In this document: in pieces, positions 1 to 10,268 of the stretch
Layout: every line of letters starts with the position of its first letter
Numbering within the stretch: the first letter of the stretch is position 1
Origin: Candidatus Spongiisociaceae bacterium
Lineage (GTDB): Bacteria; Actinomycetota; Acidimicrobiia; Spongiisociales; Spongiisociaceae
Reading direction: 5' to 3'
Assembly: GCA_965219685.1 (NCBI GenBank)
Contig: CBDCOH010000002.1
Location: 1,216,001-1,280,000, forward strand
Length of the DNA: 64,000 nt
Program-made: the position numbers and the translations under genes
Notes under the pieces: generated by a model
Seen by the model: only the letters and a program-made list of their open reading frames with translations
Database searches by the model: none
Told to the model about the DNA's origin: nothing

Positions 1-477
1 CCTCTCCACGGTCTCGAGTTCGGCGAACTGGTCGCGGTACTGGTCGAGATGGGCTTGTACGGCGGCCTCGCCGGCCGGCGGGCCCTCATCGTCCAGTTCG
101 AATTCGCGAGCCCGGTAGGCGGGGGGGCTGTCGAGCATCGGCCAGAGGCTGACCCGCACGTCCACTTCCACGCCTCGGCCCACATCCCGCACCGCGTCCA
201 CCGAGGGGGTGACCGCCGGCGCCAGGCCCGTGTCCATCAGCGTCGAGGGCAACTGGTCCTCGAGCAAGTCCTCGATGGCGTCGCTCCGGATCCGGTCCTT
301 CCCGACCACGTTCTCGACCATCCTCCTGGGGGCTCGCCCACGGCGGAACCCGTTGATGTGGACATGCCGGGAGATTCGCCGCGCGGCTCGGGTCTCGGCC
401 CGATCCAGGGGGGTTCCTTCGAATCTGATGGTGAGTTTACGCTCGAACGGGCTCAGGTCGGTGACGGTGACGGACAC
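1..477 (-). CDS. tig: Trigger factor, N-terminal part (runs off window start)
   Basis: Manual translation from GTG 477 after AGGAG: VSVTVTDLSPFERKLTI...INGFRRGRAPRRMVE, matching the GFRxGxxP ribosome-binding motif. Confidence 0.9.
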   Translation of the reverse strand, partial: MSVTVTDLSPFERKLTIRFEGTPLDRAETRAARRISRHVHINGFRRGRAPRRMVENVVGKDRIRSDAIEDLLEDQLPSTLMDTGLAPAVTPSVDAVRDVGRGVEVDVRVSLWPMLDSPPAYRAREFELDDEGPPAGEAAVQAHLDQYRDQFAELETVER

Positions 478-533
478 AGGACTCCTCAATCATGGCGGCC
501 AAGGGACCGGGGCGCCGTCCGACGCGGCACCGG

Positions 534-609
534 GGTGACCGAGGGGACTCGAACCCCCGACCTCCTGGACCACAACCAGGCGCTCTAACCAAGCTGAGCT
601 ACGGTCACC
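534..609 (-). tRNA. tRNA-His (GTG)
   Basis: Cloverleaf, G-1, acceptor GTGACCG/CGGTCAC, anticodon loop TT-GTG-GT, GTTCGAG T-loop. Confidence 0.95.
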
Positions 610-665
610 ATGCTGTGCGGATCGGCCTGCCCGGGCTCGATGAGCGTTAAACGGCCATCGAGGCG

Positions 666-738
666 CGCCCCCGGAAGGATTCGAACCTCCGACCAAGAGC
701 TTAGAAGGCTCCTGCTCTGTCCTCTGAGCTACGGGGGC
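666..738 (-). tRNA. tRNA-Arg (TCT)
   Basis: Acceptor GCCCCCG/CGGGGGC, anticodon loop CT-TCT-AA, GTTCGAATCC. Confidence 0.95.
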
Positions 739-787
739 TCAACGCCGACCTCTGTGGTCTCGGCGGTGGGACAGGGCGTCCCCGCGG

Positions 788-858
<71 letters not shown>

Positions 859-1056
859 CGGTCCGTCCCATATTACATCGGCCCCGGACCTGTCAGAACC
901 CTCGTGCGTCGCGCGGTCGTCCCATGCGTGCGGGCGTCACCTGCCGCGGCGCCGGGCGAGCCGTAGCCGGGATCGGTCGACCTCCGGATGCGGGGGAAAT
1001 CACCGGTTTCGGGACTCGCTCGGTATACGCTGCAGTTCGTAGACCTAGGGGGCCGG

Positions 1057-1130
1057 TCGGGCTGGTCGGATTCGAACCGACGACCTCCTGCTCCCAAAGC
1101 AGGCGCGCTGCCAAGCTGCGCCACAGCCCG
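1057..1130 (-). tRNA. tRNA-Pro (TGG)
   Basis: Acceptor CGGGCTG/CAGCCCG, anticodon loop TT-TGG-GA. Confidence 0.95.
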
Positions 1131-1249
1131 TAGGGCGCATTCTAGGAGGGTGCTGAAATGATTCCGGCAGGGTTTGCTTGCTGTCGAGCACCTGGTGCGC
1201 ATGGTGCTGCCTGGCGGGGAACCGCTCTGTACGGGTTTATTGGCCGGTG

Positions 1250-2887
1250 ATGAGGATGATTGCCCGACGACCCTTCCTACCGGTCGCGGTGGGTCTGCTG
1301 GTCTTGCTGTCCTGCTCCAGCGCCGCGGTCTCGGATGAGGATGCCACCACTGCGACAACCGCCCTGCCCGCCACCGAGGCGTCAACGACTACCGCCACCG
1401 AGGCGCCCACGACTATCGCCACCGAGCCTCCTACGACCGGCGCCGAGGCATCCACGACCAGCCTAGAGGTATCCCTGACGACCACCACCATTCCCACCAC
1501 CACCACGACCACGACGCCACCCCGCGACTGCGCGCCTTCGGTGCCGCCCGACCTCCGCGTGCCGGCGGGCGATCCGGTAGCGGGCGCGGTCGCGCTGTCG
1601 AGAGCGATCTATGAGTGCGCCGCCCAGGTCGGGCTGGCCCCGGTATCGGACGTGCAGGCGGCGGCAACCCTGGCAGCCGCAGGTCTCGACGGTCCGTTGC
1701 TCCTGGTGGGCGACTGGTTCATGGGTTTCCTGATGACCGAACTGCGGCGCTTGGCGCCTGACACCGTGCTCGTGGCCGGTCTCGACGAGGACATCGGGCA
1801 GGCCCTTTTCGAATACGACGTGCGGTTCCTGGAGGTCAACCCGGACGCGGTTCTCATCGGTCCTGCCCCGGAGTCGGAGGAGGTCTGGCTGCTCGATCCG
1901 GACACGGCTGTGGGTCCGGTGGCGATCCTGGCCGCCAACCTCGGAGTCGGTCTGATTGTCGCCGAGCCAGACTTCCGCGCCCTCCCCGCAGAGACCCGGC
2001 AGTTGATCGCCGGGGCCGGGGAGTTGCGCCTGATGTCGCACTTCGACCCGGAGACGGCCTGGCAGTTGGATGTGGTCCGGCGCGGCGACGAGATACCGGG
2101 CGGCGGGCTGCTGATGTTCGGCGAGGATTTCTCGAGGCGCCTGATCGCCATCTACGGGCACCCCGTGACATCGGCGCTGGGGGTCCTGGGAGAACAGGGT
2201 CCCGAAGAGGGGGTGGAGAGGCTCGCTGAGATAGCCTCCGGCTACGAGGCGGACGGCGCCCTGATCCTCCCCACCTTCGAGATCATCGCCACGGTTGCGT
2301 CCGCAGGGGCCGGGAGGGACGGCGACTACTCGGGCGAGACCGACCAGGACGTGATTCGCCCCTGGATAGAGACTGCGGCGGCCAACGGTGTCTACGTAGT
2401 GCTGGACCTTCAGCCCGGCCGAACCCACTTCCTCACCCAGGCCAAGTACTACGAGGAGTTCCTGCGCCTGCCCCATGTGGGCCTGGCCCTCGACCCCGAG
2501 TGGCGGCTCAGGCCCAACGAGGTCCACCTGCGCCAGATAGGAACCGTAGACGCCGAGGAGATCAACGAGGTGGTGGCGTGGCTGGCCGGAATCGTGCGGG
2601 AGGAGAACCTGCCGCAGAAGCTGCTGATTGTCCACCAGTTCCGGTTCTCCATGATCACCAACCGGGAGTTGATCGAGACACCCCCGGAGTTGGCAGTGGT
2701 GATACAGATGGACGGCCAGGGCAGTCTGGGGGCCAAGTACAACACGTGGAACGTGCTTACGAAGGGCACCGAGGAGCGTGGCTTCCGCTGGGGTTGGAAG
2801 AACTTCTACGACGAGGACTCCCCCACGGCGACGCCCGAGCAGGTCCTTGAACTCACCCCCGTGCCAGTCTTCGTCTCGTTCCAGTAA
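1250..2887 (+). CDS. Lipoprotein with Thr-rich linker, cell-wall-binding-like region and conserved C-terminal actinobacterial domain
   Basis: Lipobox LLSC, T-rich low-complexity linker, C-terminal LDLQPGR/ALDPEW/HQF/WGWKNFYDED motifs. Confidence 0.7.
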   Translation: MRMIARRPFLPVAVGLLVLLSCSSAAVSDEDATTATTALPATEASTTTATEAPTTIATEPPTTGAEASTTSLEVSLTTTTIPTTTTTTTPPRDCAPSVPPDLRVPAGDPVAGAVALSRAIYECAAQVGLAPVSDVQAAATLAAAGLDGPLLLVGDWFMGFLMTELRRLAPDTVLVAGLDEDIGQALFEYDVRFLEVNPDAVLIGPAPESEEVWLLDPDTAVGPVAILAANLGVGLIVAEPDFRALPAETRQLIAGAGELRLMSHFDPETAWQLDVVRRGDEIPGGGLLMFGEDFSRRLIAIYGHPVTSALGVLGEQGPEEGVERLAEIASGYEADGALILPTFEIIATVASAGAGRDGDYSGETDQDVIRPWIETAAANGVYVVLDLQPGRTHFLTQAKYYEEFLRLPHVGLALDPEWRLRPNEVHLRQIGTVDAEEINEVVAWLAGIVREENLPQKLLIVHQFRFSMITNRELIETPPELAVVIQMDGQGSLGAKYNTWNVLTKGTEERGFRWGWKNFYDEDSPTATPEQVLELTPVPVFVSFQ

Positions 2888-2931
2888 GACCGCCCGGTCG
2901 GTGGTGAGTGGCCGAAAAGGCCCAGGCCCTG

Positions 2932-3013
2932 TGCGGGTGGAGGGACTCGAACCCCCACGGGCTGTGCCCACCAGGACCTAAACCTGGCGCGTCTACCATT
3001 CCGCCACACCCGC
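2932..3013 (-). tRNA. tRNA-Leu (TAG)
   Basis: Long variable arm, anticodon loop TT-TAG-GT, acceptor GCGGGTG/CACCCGC. Confidence 0.95.
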
Positions 3014-3081
3014 ATGTCAGTTCAGTTGCCAGGCTGACCTTTGGCATTCTATCGACGCGTATCGGGGCCGGTGGCCGGCTG

Positions 3082-5322
3082 TCAGGCTTGCTCGTCGGGT
3101 CCGGTCGCCGAGTACCGGGACACGATGTCGGGTATGGCGACCACGACCATGGGAATCGTTACATGTTTGAGGACGTGGGACATGTTGTACCCGAAGAAGG
3201 GCCGTCTGCTGAGCGGGCGGTTGGTGGCGCCCATCACCAGTAGATCCCAGCCTCCGGTGTTGGCCGCCCTCACCAGGTCCCCCGCGGGTTGTGAGGCCGG
3301 CTTGACGTCGGCGTTCACCCTCGCCCCGAGGCGCTCCCCGAAGGCCACCGATTCCTCCACCAACTCAAGGCCCGCCCTCTGATTCGGGGTGCCGGTCAAC
3401 ATGTCCACGTGGAAGCGTCCTTCGGCCGACTCGGCGACCAGGTGCAGGGCGAGCACCGACCCGTCGCTGTGAGCGGCCAGGGAATAGGCGACCTCCTCGG
3501 CGGCGCGGGAGGCCCGGTTCGACTCCACAGACAGCAGCACGCTGTTCACATCGAGGGAGGCGGCGCCGGTGACCAAGCCATGTTCGTCGGGAGTCGGGTA
3601 GCGGAAGATTAGGGTCGGCAATTCCAGTCTGGCCAGCACCCGGTCGATCACCGATGAGAAGACCTCGCTCTCGTCAGCAGGCTCCGTGGCTCCCAGAACC
3701 ACCAGGTCGTAACCGAGCGCGGCCTCCTGGATGATCGCTTCTGCGGGGTCCGACCGTCGGCGATTGATCAACCGGTGCCGTTCCGACCCGAGCGTCCGGA
3801 CCACTTCGTCGGGACCCGCGTCCTCCTGGATGCCCATCCCGGTCATCCGTCTCCGCCAGTCGCCGCGCGCGGCGACCACTGCCAGCACCGTGACCTCGGC
3901 GTCCGGGAACAGGTTCTTGACCTGGTTGGCCGCGTACACGCTGTTGGCCCCTCCCCGGGTGGGGAGGAGGATCCGCCTCGATCCCAGTATCTGTGCCTGG
4001 GATCGGATGGCCTCCGACTCGAGCCGCGAGCGCTCCTCCTCCGCCGCTTCCATCCCCCGCACCGCCGCCTTCAGCATGATCGGAGCGACGAGCGAGGTGA
4101 CGATCGCAGCCAGGACTATGACGGTGTACCCGGTGTCGCTCAGGACCCCGAGGCTCAGGCCCACCAAGGCGACCACGATTCCCATCGCGCCCAGCGCCGA
4201 CAGGCCCGACCCCAGGGCCAGGCTCTCGCGGAAACCGAGACCGGAGCGACGGGCGGCCACCAGGGTTCCGAACACCTTGGCGGCCACCGCCAGCACGATG
4301 AGCACCACCGTCCAGATCACGGCGCTGGGACTGGCAAGTAGCGAGATGTCCACCCGAAGGCCGCTGAAGGCGAAGAAGATGGGGGCGAAGAACGAGTCGG
4401 TCACCGTTTCGAGGACATGCCGCACGGCACCGAGTTGATACCGCAGGGTCGCGAGGATGATCCCCACGATGAAGGCTCCGAGGATGGCCTCGAGACCCAG
4501 GACGTGGGTCACGGCGCCGCCTACCAGAGCGGCCACCAGGCTGACCGTGAGGCCTGCCCGCACGTTCCTTCCCTGCCGCAGCGCGAGGCGCATCGCCTGG
4601 TTGAGTATCCAGCGCCCCAGGGTGGCTGCCAACGCCACGAACAGGACCAGGCCTCCGAGGGATGTGAGCAGGTCCGAGGGACTGAAGCCCTCTCGGGCCA
4701 TCCCGGCCAGCCCGGCGAGGATCAACCACCCCGCCGAGTCCATAGTCATGCTCACGGCCAGGGTCACCTGGCCGAAGTTGCGCCGCAACAATCCGAGGTC
4801 GAGCAGTATCTTGGCGACGACCGGAAGGGCTGCCACCGACAGGGCCAGCGCCATGAATGCGGCGTACAGACCCCTACTCGCATCCCCGATGAACGAAGAA
4901 GGTGTCAGAAGGGCGACCAGCCCCACGACCAAGAACGGCGCCAGGAACGCTCCGGCGGAGACGTTGACGGCGGCCCGCCGGAGGCGCATGATGATCCCGA
5001 GGTCGGTCTCGTAGCCGATCACCACCAGCACCATGATCACGGCCAGCCATGCCAGGCCGTACACCGCTGAGCCGACCGTCCCGTCGGAGAAGAGCCACTC
5101 GAAGGTGTCCGGATACAACTGGCCCAACACGCTGGGGCCGATCAGCACCCCGGCGATGATCTGGCCGACCACCGCGGGCTGGCGCAGCTTGTTGGCGATA
5201 CCGCCGACGAGGCGGGCGGCGCCCACCAGCAGCGCCAACTGGACGAGAAAGACCAGCAACTGGTGCTCGTCGAGAAGAGAGAATCCCCCCGGCTCAGTCG
5301 CCGCAAGAACAGGAACCACCAT
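3082..5322 (-). CDS. Cation:proton antiporter (CPA2) with two C-terminal universal-stress (USP) domains
   Basis: ~12 TM helices with QPAVVGQIIAGVLIGPS and FFAPIFFAFSG; RILLP/YDLVVLGA and WDLLVMGA USP motifs. Confidence 0.85.
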   Translation of the reverse strand: MVVPVLAATEPGGFSLLDEHQLLVFLVQLALLVGAARLVGGIANKLRQPAVVGQIIAGVLIGPSVLGQLYPDTFEWLFSDGTVGSAVYGLAWLAVIMVLVVIGYETDLGIIMRLRRAAVNVSAGAFLAPFLVVGLVALLTPSSFIGDASRGLYAAFMALALSVAALPVVAKILLDLGLLRRNFGQVTLAVSMTMDSAGWLILAGLAGMAREGFSPSDLLTSLGGLVLFVALAATLGRWILNQAMRLALRQGRNVRAGLTVSLVAALVGGAVTHVLGLEAILGAFIVGIILATLRYQLGAVRHVLETVTDSFFAPIFFAFSGLRVDISLLASPSAVIWTVVLIVLAVAAKVFGTLVAARRSGLGFRESLALGSGLSALGAMGIVVALVGLSLGVLSDTGYTVIVLAAIVTSLVAPIMLKAAVRGMEAAEEERSRLESEAIRSQAQILGSRRILLPTRGGANSVYAANQVKNLFPDAEVTVLAVVAARGDWRRRMTGMGIQEDAGPDEVVRTLGSERHRLINRRRSDPAEAIIQEAALGYDLVVLGATEPADESEVFSSVIDRVLARLELPTLIFRYPTPDEHGLVTGAASLDVNSVLLSVESNRASRAAEEVAYSLAAHSDGSVLALHLVAESAEGRFHVDMLTGTPNQRAGLELVEESVAFGERLGARVNADVKPASQPAGDLVRAANTGGWDLLVMGATNRPLSRRPFFGYNMSHVLKHVTIPMVVVAIPDIVSRYSATGPDEQA

Positions 5323-5363
5323 CCGGCCAACAATACAGCGTCCGTCCCGAACCATCGCGCATC

Positions 5364-5398
5364 ATTGGTGATTGGTGATTGGTGATTGGTGATTGGTT
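5364..5398. repeat. Heptamer tandem array (ATTGGTG)x4 plus one degenerate unit
   Basis: Directly visible in sequence. Confidence 0.95.
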
Positions 5399-5473
5399 GT
5401 CCGTTGACCGTGAGGCGGTAGATGTCCGCTGACCGCCTAAGTCATGGCACAGGTGCGGTGGCTTGTTCCGGGA

Positions 5474-7708
5474 TCAAGCTTCCCCTGCGTTCGGTGCGCT
5501 GATCCGCGAGGGCCACCAATTCCAACGGCCTATCAGGGACACCAACGACGGGACTATCAGGGTCCGGGTGACGAACGTGTCCATCAGCACTCCGATCGCG
5601 ACCCCGAACCCGAGCTGCAGGAGGTCCTGCAGGGGCAGGGTCATCAGCGCGGAGAAGGTGCCGGCGAGGATGAGTCCTGCCGAGGTGATGACCGGTCCGG
5701 TGCGCGCCAATGCATAGTGGGTCGCCTCCCGGAGCGGAGTTCTCCTCGCCTCCTCCCGGATACGCGACATCAGGTAGATGTTGTAGTCGACGCTCAACGC
5801 GTTGAGGAACACGAAGAGGAAGAACGGGACCGACGGACCGATCCCGGCGTGGCCCGCGAGTACGACGAACGCCACCACCACGAGGCCGAGAGTGGCGAAG
5901 TAGGTGAACGCGATCGTGGCCATCAGGTATAGGGGTGCGATAAGGGAACGCAGCAGCAATGCGAGGACCACGCCGATGGCCAGCAGGATCAGCGGGAGCA
6001 CCACTCGTGAGTCCCGACCGCCCGCCGTCCTCGTGTCGTATCCCTCCGCCGTGTCCCCTCCTATCAGCACGCTCCCCGCGGGCAGACCCAGCTCCGTGGC
6101 TTCCTGGCGGGCGAGGGCGCGCAACTCGGGCACCAGATCGAGGGCTTCTCCGGCGAGAGGTTCGCCTTCGAGGACTATGTCGATACGGCCCGCACCCCCA
6201 TCGGCTGAGACGAACCGCTGCACCAATGCCGGCGGCAGCAGGGAGGCGTCGGGTCCCCCGGCTCCGACGGGCCTGCTCGGACCGGAGGCGTCGGCGACGG
6301 CGGCGTGGCCGGCGAGTGCGAGTGTGAGGGCATCGAACACCTCGACCGAGTCAGGATCGAGAGCGTCGGCGCCCGGAGGCAACGAAACGTAGAGTTGCAT
6401 GGGAGAAAGCTCGCCGGCAGGGAAACCGCCTCGCAGCAACTCGAAGCTGCGGACGGACTCCGCATTGCCCGGCAGGCTCTCGAGTTGGTCGTAGTTCTCA
6501 CGGTATGGCAGCAGCCCTGCGACCAGCACCGCGAGGGCCGCCCCTGTAACGGCGAGAGTCACGCCCGGCCTCCTCAGCACGACCGCGCCGACCCTGCCGT
6601 AGACGCTGCGCCGCCAGTCAGCCTGCGGCGCCGACCCGGTATCAAGCCGGGGCTGCCAGGGCCAGAAGGCGCGCCTGCCGAAGATGGTCAGCACCGCCGG
6701 GACGAGCGTCACGGCGGCCAGCATCATCAGTGCCACGGACAGAGCGATGACGGGCCCGAGAGCCTGGTAGGACCGCAGCGTCGCGAGGCCCAGCGCAGCG
6801 CAGGCGACCAGGATCGTCGCCCCCGCCGACGCCACGGCGCCACCGACCCCGCGCATGGTGACTCTCATCGCCTCGTGGCGGTCGGCGTGGCGGGTCAACT
6901 CCTCGCGGAAACGCGCCGAGACGAACAACACGTAGTCGGTTCCGGTGCCGAACAGAACCACTGTCATGATGCCGGTCGTCTGTCCGGAGATCGGTATCCC
7001 GTAACGCAGCGCGTACCAGGCCGCTATGGCTCCGGCCATCTGGAAGACCAGTCCCACGCCCAGCAACGGGATAGCGGCCATGATCGGGGAGCGGTAGATG
7101 ATGATAAGGAGCACCAGCACCAGCAGGACCGTCACCAGGAGGAGCAGGGTGTCGATCTGTGCGAACACGCCCACCAGGTCGACGATGAGTCCGCCGGGTC
7201 CGCCCGCGGCTATCTCGACGCCCCGGAGACCGAACGACGCCGATCGGTCCCTGATGGACTCGACCGTGTCGCGAAAGGCCGGGTCGGCCGGCTCGCCGCC
7301 GACTTCCACGAACACGTACATGGTGGTGCCGTCAGGAGACACCAGCCCGGTGCGCTGCCCGGTCGCAGCGTCGGGACTGAGGACCTGCCCCACGTTCCCG
7401 GGAGCCGAGGGGCCGGTCAGCCAGGCCGCCAACTCGGCCGCAGCCCCGTAGGCGTCAGGCCCGAGCCCCTCGGGCTGCCGGAACACCACCAACATCGGAG
7501 TCCCAGTCGCCGGGAACCGCTCCTGGGCGAAGCGGAACGCCCGGGTGGCCTCGGCGTCCCTGGGCAGGAACAGCGCCTGCTCGTTCTCGTTGGCATCCGC
7601 CAGCATGGGCAACTGCGAGATCAACGAGCCCGCAGCGATCAGCCACACCACGAGGGTCACCCACTTGCCGCGGCGACTCGATACGAAGTCGGTGAGGGGG
7701 GCGAGCAC
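5474..7708 (-). CDS. MMPL/RND family transporter
   Basis: Two TM blocks with FGTGTDYVLF and LSVDYNIYLMSRIREE, plus TGPVITSAGLILAGTF. Confidence 0.9.
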   Translation of the reverse strand: MLAPLTDFVSSRRGKWVTLVVWLIAAGSLISQLPMLADANENEQALFLPRDAEATRAFRFAQERFPATGTPMLVVFRQPEGLGPDAYGAAAELAAWLTGPSAPGNVGQVLSPDAATGQRTGLVSPDGTTMYVFVEVGGEPADPAFRDTVESIRDRSASFGLRGVEIAAGGPGGLIVDLVGVFAQIDTLLLLVTVLLVLVLLIIIYRSPIMAAIPLLGVGLVFQMAGAIAAWYALRYGIPISGQTTGIMTVVLFGTGTDYVLFVSARFREELTRHADRHEAMRVTMRGVGGAVASAGATILVACAALGLATLRSYQALGPVIALSVALMMLAAVTLVPAVLTIFGRRAFWPWQPRLDTGSAPQADWRRSVYGRVGAVVLRRPGVTLAVTGAALAVLVAGLLPYRENYDQLESLPGNAESVRSFELLRGGFPAGELSPMQLYVSLPPGADALDPDSVEVFDALTLALAGHAAVADASGPSRPVGAGGPDASLLPPALVQRFVSADGGAGRIDIVLEGEPLAGEALDLVPELRALARQEATELGLPAGSVLIGGDTAEGYDTRTAGGRDSRVVLPLILLAIGVVLALLLRSLIAPLYLMATIAFTYFATLGLVVVAFVVLAGHAGIGPSVPFFLFVFLNALSVDYNIYLMSRIREEARRTPLREATHYALARTGPVITSAGLILAGTFSALMTLPLQDLLQLGFGVAIGVLMDTFVTRTLIVPSLVSLIGRWNWWPSRISAPNAGEA

Positions 7709-7978
7709 TACCCGAAGACCCTAGCCAGTTCCGGCGGTAGTGCTGCAGAGCGCGGTGCCCCGCGAAGAACCAGGTGGATCGCCGACGACTCGGGCTCGGG
7801 CCGCGAAACTCCTTGGTACGCCGCATCCGGCGAGCGCCGGCAGCGCCGAGTTATATGCCCCCGAACCTCTGGCCGTCTCCTCCAAGTGAATGGCCACTCC
7901 CACCGACTACCGCTCCCAGTCTTTGAAAGTACTTGAGAGACTCGGCCCGCCGCCGACGGCGGTTACCCGCCGACGGTC

Positions 7979-8146
7979 TCACCAGCCCCGGCGATTCCGT
8001 TTGAGAGGGTATCGGAGTGGGGAGTGCAGGCGGCAGTGGTCGGTCGGGTTGTAGATGGACAGGCGGGCCGAGCAGTTCTCGGTGGCACAGCGCCGGCCGG
8101 GCGGATATGTGGGTGGTGGGCGCCCTTGGGGGCGGACTCTGCTCAT
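7979..8146 (-). CDS. Small Cys/His zinc-finger-like protein (55 aa)
   Basis: GRRCATENCSARLSIYNPTDHCRLH (C-x4-C...C-x2-H); TACCCT -10 element just upstream suggests leaderless start. Confidence 0.6.
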   Translation of the reverse strand: MSRVRPQGRPPPTYPPGRRCATENCSARLSIYNPTDHCRLHSPLRYPLKRNRRGW

Positions 8147-8581
8147 AGGGGGCTCAGGGTACCCGTTTGTCCAGGTGGGTGGGTGGGTGTGATCGAAGGC
8201 ATGCATTCGATGTTACATGGTTGGTTGGAGATGTCTCGATCGGAGATCCCGCGGGGCGTGTCCGGCAGTCGACTGATTCCGTCGGCGGTGTCACGTTGCG
8301 GCGACTTGCTCAAGAAGGTCACGTCGCTTGCAATCTCGGGCGCCGACTCGGTGATTCCGCTTGTGGCATCACGATCGGCGTGGACTAGCCCGTCAGGTTT
8401 CCGCGGCTCCCGCCTGGATTCGTGAGTTGTCGGCTGAGCCAGTCTCTGGACGCCGGACAGACGTAACTGGTGGTCGCGGCGAGGAGTGTTACTGACGTTT
8501 CGTGACCAGGCGTTCACGGTAGCGGTGGAGGTGGGTCCGGCGACTCAGCAGATCCGATAGGCGACCAGTTGGACGCCCGAT

Positions 8582-9150
8582 CTAGCTAAACCACGGCCAG
8601 CGGCGTTCTCGTAGTAACTGGAAGTGCCCGATAGGCCGCCCGGTGTGTTGGGTCACTGCGGTCAGGGCGGCGATCCGAACGTCACGATGCGGATCGTCCG
8701 AGAGTGCCGTCAATAGGTGGTGCGGCACGTTCGGTGCATGGCGACTGTCCTACGGACATACGAATACTCGTCGCCGGCCAGGGTCGTCAGCACGGCTACG
8801 GGGGTGTTTTGGTTTCTGGCGACTCGTACACGAACTTGCCAACTGTTGTCGCCGGCCAGGGTCGTCAGCACGGCTACGGGTATCTTCCGGCTTCTGGCGA
8901 CTCGTAGACGAACTGCCTGATTGTTGTCGCCGGCCAGAGTTGTCATTGCGGCTACGGGAGTGTTCTGATTCCCCGCTGCCGCCAGGCGGACCGCCCGGTT
9001 GTCGTCGCCGGCCAGAGCAGTCAACGCGCCTGACGGTGTGTTCGGGTTGCACGCGACTGCCTTCCGAACAGACAGGCGGTTGTGGGCGGCAAGCCGTTCG
9101 AGGACATCCGGCGAGGTACCGGAGTTCCGGGCTAGACGGACATCGTTCAT
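8582..9150 (-). pseudogene. Leucine-rich-variant (LRV/HEAT-like) 24-aa repeat protein with a 1-nt frameshift near 8735
   Basis: Repeats of the form VRxxVAxNxNTPxxVLxxLAGD (72-bp DNA repeats); the repeat pattern continues in a shifted frame to TAG 8582. Confidence 0.7.
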
Positions 9151-9244
9151 CGTCTATCCCCATCCAAATAAGGGGCGTCTAGCCCGGAGCGCGCCCGGAC
9201 GGCCTTGATGGCGTGTCGAACGGAGCAACGTTCCGGATGGCTGT

Positions 9245-9298
9245 TGAGCTGCCCGGGGTTTCCCGGAGTCTCAGGTGATACCCCGGTTTTCCGGAGTC
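9245..9298 (+). mobile_element. Degenerate IS3/IS6110-like terminal remnant
   Basis: TGAGCTGCCCGGGGTTTCCCGGAGTCTC resembles the left end TGAACCGCCCCGGTTACCCCGGAGACTC at 19606. Confidence 0.45.
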
Positions 9299-9380
9299 GG
9301 CAAGGTCGGGGAGATCCCACGATTCTGTATGGTAGTTTTGGCCCCGTATGGTTTCCCACGTTGCCAATCGTTGGTGAGCC

Positions 9381-10265
9381 ATGGCTGGTCTTGTGCAACT
9401 TGTTCTCGACGCTCTCAGCCTAGGGAGTGTCTACGCGCTCTTCGCGCTAGGGGTCGGGTTGCTATTCGGTGTGATGAGCCTCATCAACTTCGCCCATGGC
9501 GAACTCGTAATGGCGGGTGGCTACGTGCTGGTGTTCATCACCGTCCCGAACACGGCCATACGTATCGGCGCGGCAGTTTTCGTCGTGGTGCTGCTGGCGC
9601 TCGCCACCGAGCGGGTTGCCTTCCGTCGTGTGCGGGGCGCCGCGATCGAGACGCTACTCGTGACGTCCTTCGCAGTGAGCTTCTTCCTGCAGAGCCTGGC
9701 AGTCGTAACGGTGGGGGCCCTTCCGCGCAGCGTCGGTATTCTCGAAGGCTTACGGGGTCGCATAGTTATCGGCGACATAGCTGTCCGCCGATTGGACCTG
9801 GTCTCCATCGGAGTGACGGCGGTGCTGTTGCTGTCGCTGGTTCTGTTTCTCAGCCGGACAGTGTTCGGACTCCAGATGCGGGCCGCGGCTGAGGACTTCT
9901 TCGTGGCGCGCATCCTGGGCATAAACGCAAACCGGGTGATCGCCGGGGCCTTCGCTATCAGCGGTGTTCTTGCCGGAGTAGGGGCGATTCTCTTCTCGGC
10001 TCAGACCGGTCTTGTCCATCCTGCAATCGGGCTGACGCCGGTGCTGGCAGCCTTCATAGCGGTGATCATCGGAGGGCTGGGCAGCCTGCCCGGGTCGGTC
10101 CTCGGGGCGTACCTGCTCGGGGCGACCTCGGTAGCTCTTCAGGCAGGACTTCCGCTGGGACTCAGGTCTTTCAGAGATGCCCTGGTGTTCCTCGTCGTCG
10201 TGATCATCCTGGTAGCCAAGCCGGACGGCATAATGGGTGCCCGACTCCAGAACCGTACCGTCTAG
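9381..10265 (+). CDS. livH: Branched-chain amino acid-type ABC permease (LivH-like)
   Basis: GSVYALFALG...INFAHGE, GLQMRAAAED, IIGGLGSLPG. Confidence 0.9.
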   Translation: MAGLVQLVLDALSLGSVYALFALGVGLLFGVMSLINFAHGELVMAGGYVLVFITVPNTAIRIGAAVFVVVLLALATERVAFRRVRGAAIETLLVTSFAVSFFLQSLAVVTVGALPRSVGILEGLRGRIVIGDIAVRRLDLVSIGVTAVLLLSLVLFLSRTVFGLQMRAAAEDFFVARILGINANRVIAGAFAISGVLAGVGAILFSAQTGLVHPAIGLTPVLAAFIAVIIGGLGSLPGSVLGAYLLGATSVALQAGLPLGLRSFRDALVFLVVVIILVAKPDGIMGARLQNRTV

Positions 10266-10268
10266 CCG

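Noticed and set aside
5717-5726. GTGGGTCGCC match to the tRNA-Lys 3' end as a possible att site
   Set aside because: Only 10 bp, GC-rich and inside the MMPL coding sequence; chance is likely.
8143-8517. 124-aa minus-strand ORF
   Set aside because: No motif or clear RBS; cannot be supported as a gene.
8760-9020. Regularly spaced direct repeats resembling a CRISPR array
   Set aside because: They are 72-bp coding repeats of the LRV protein; no unique spacers and no cas genes.
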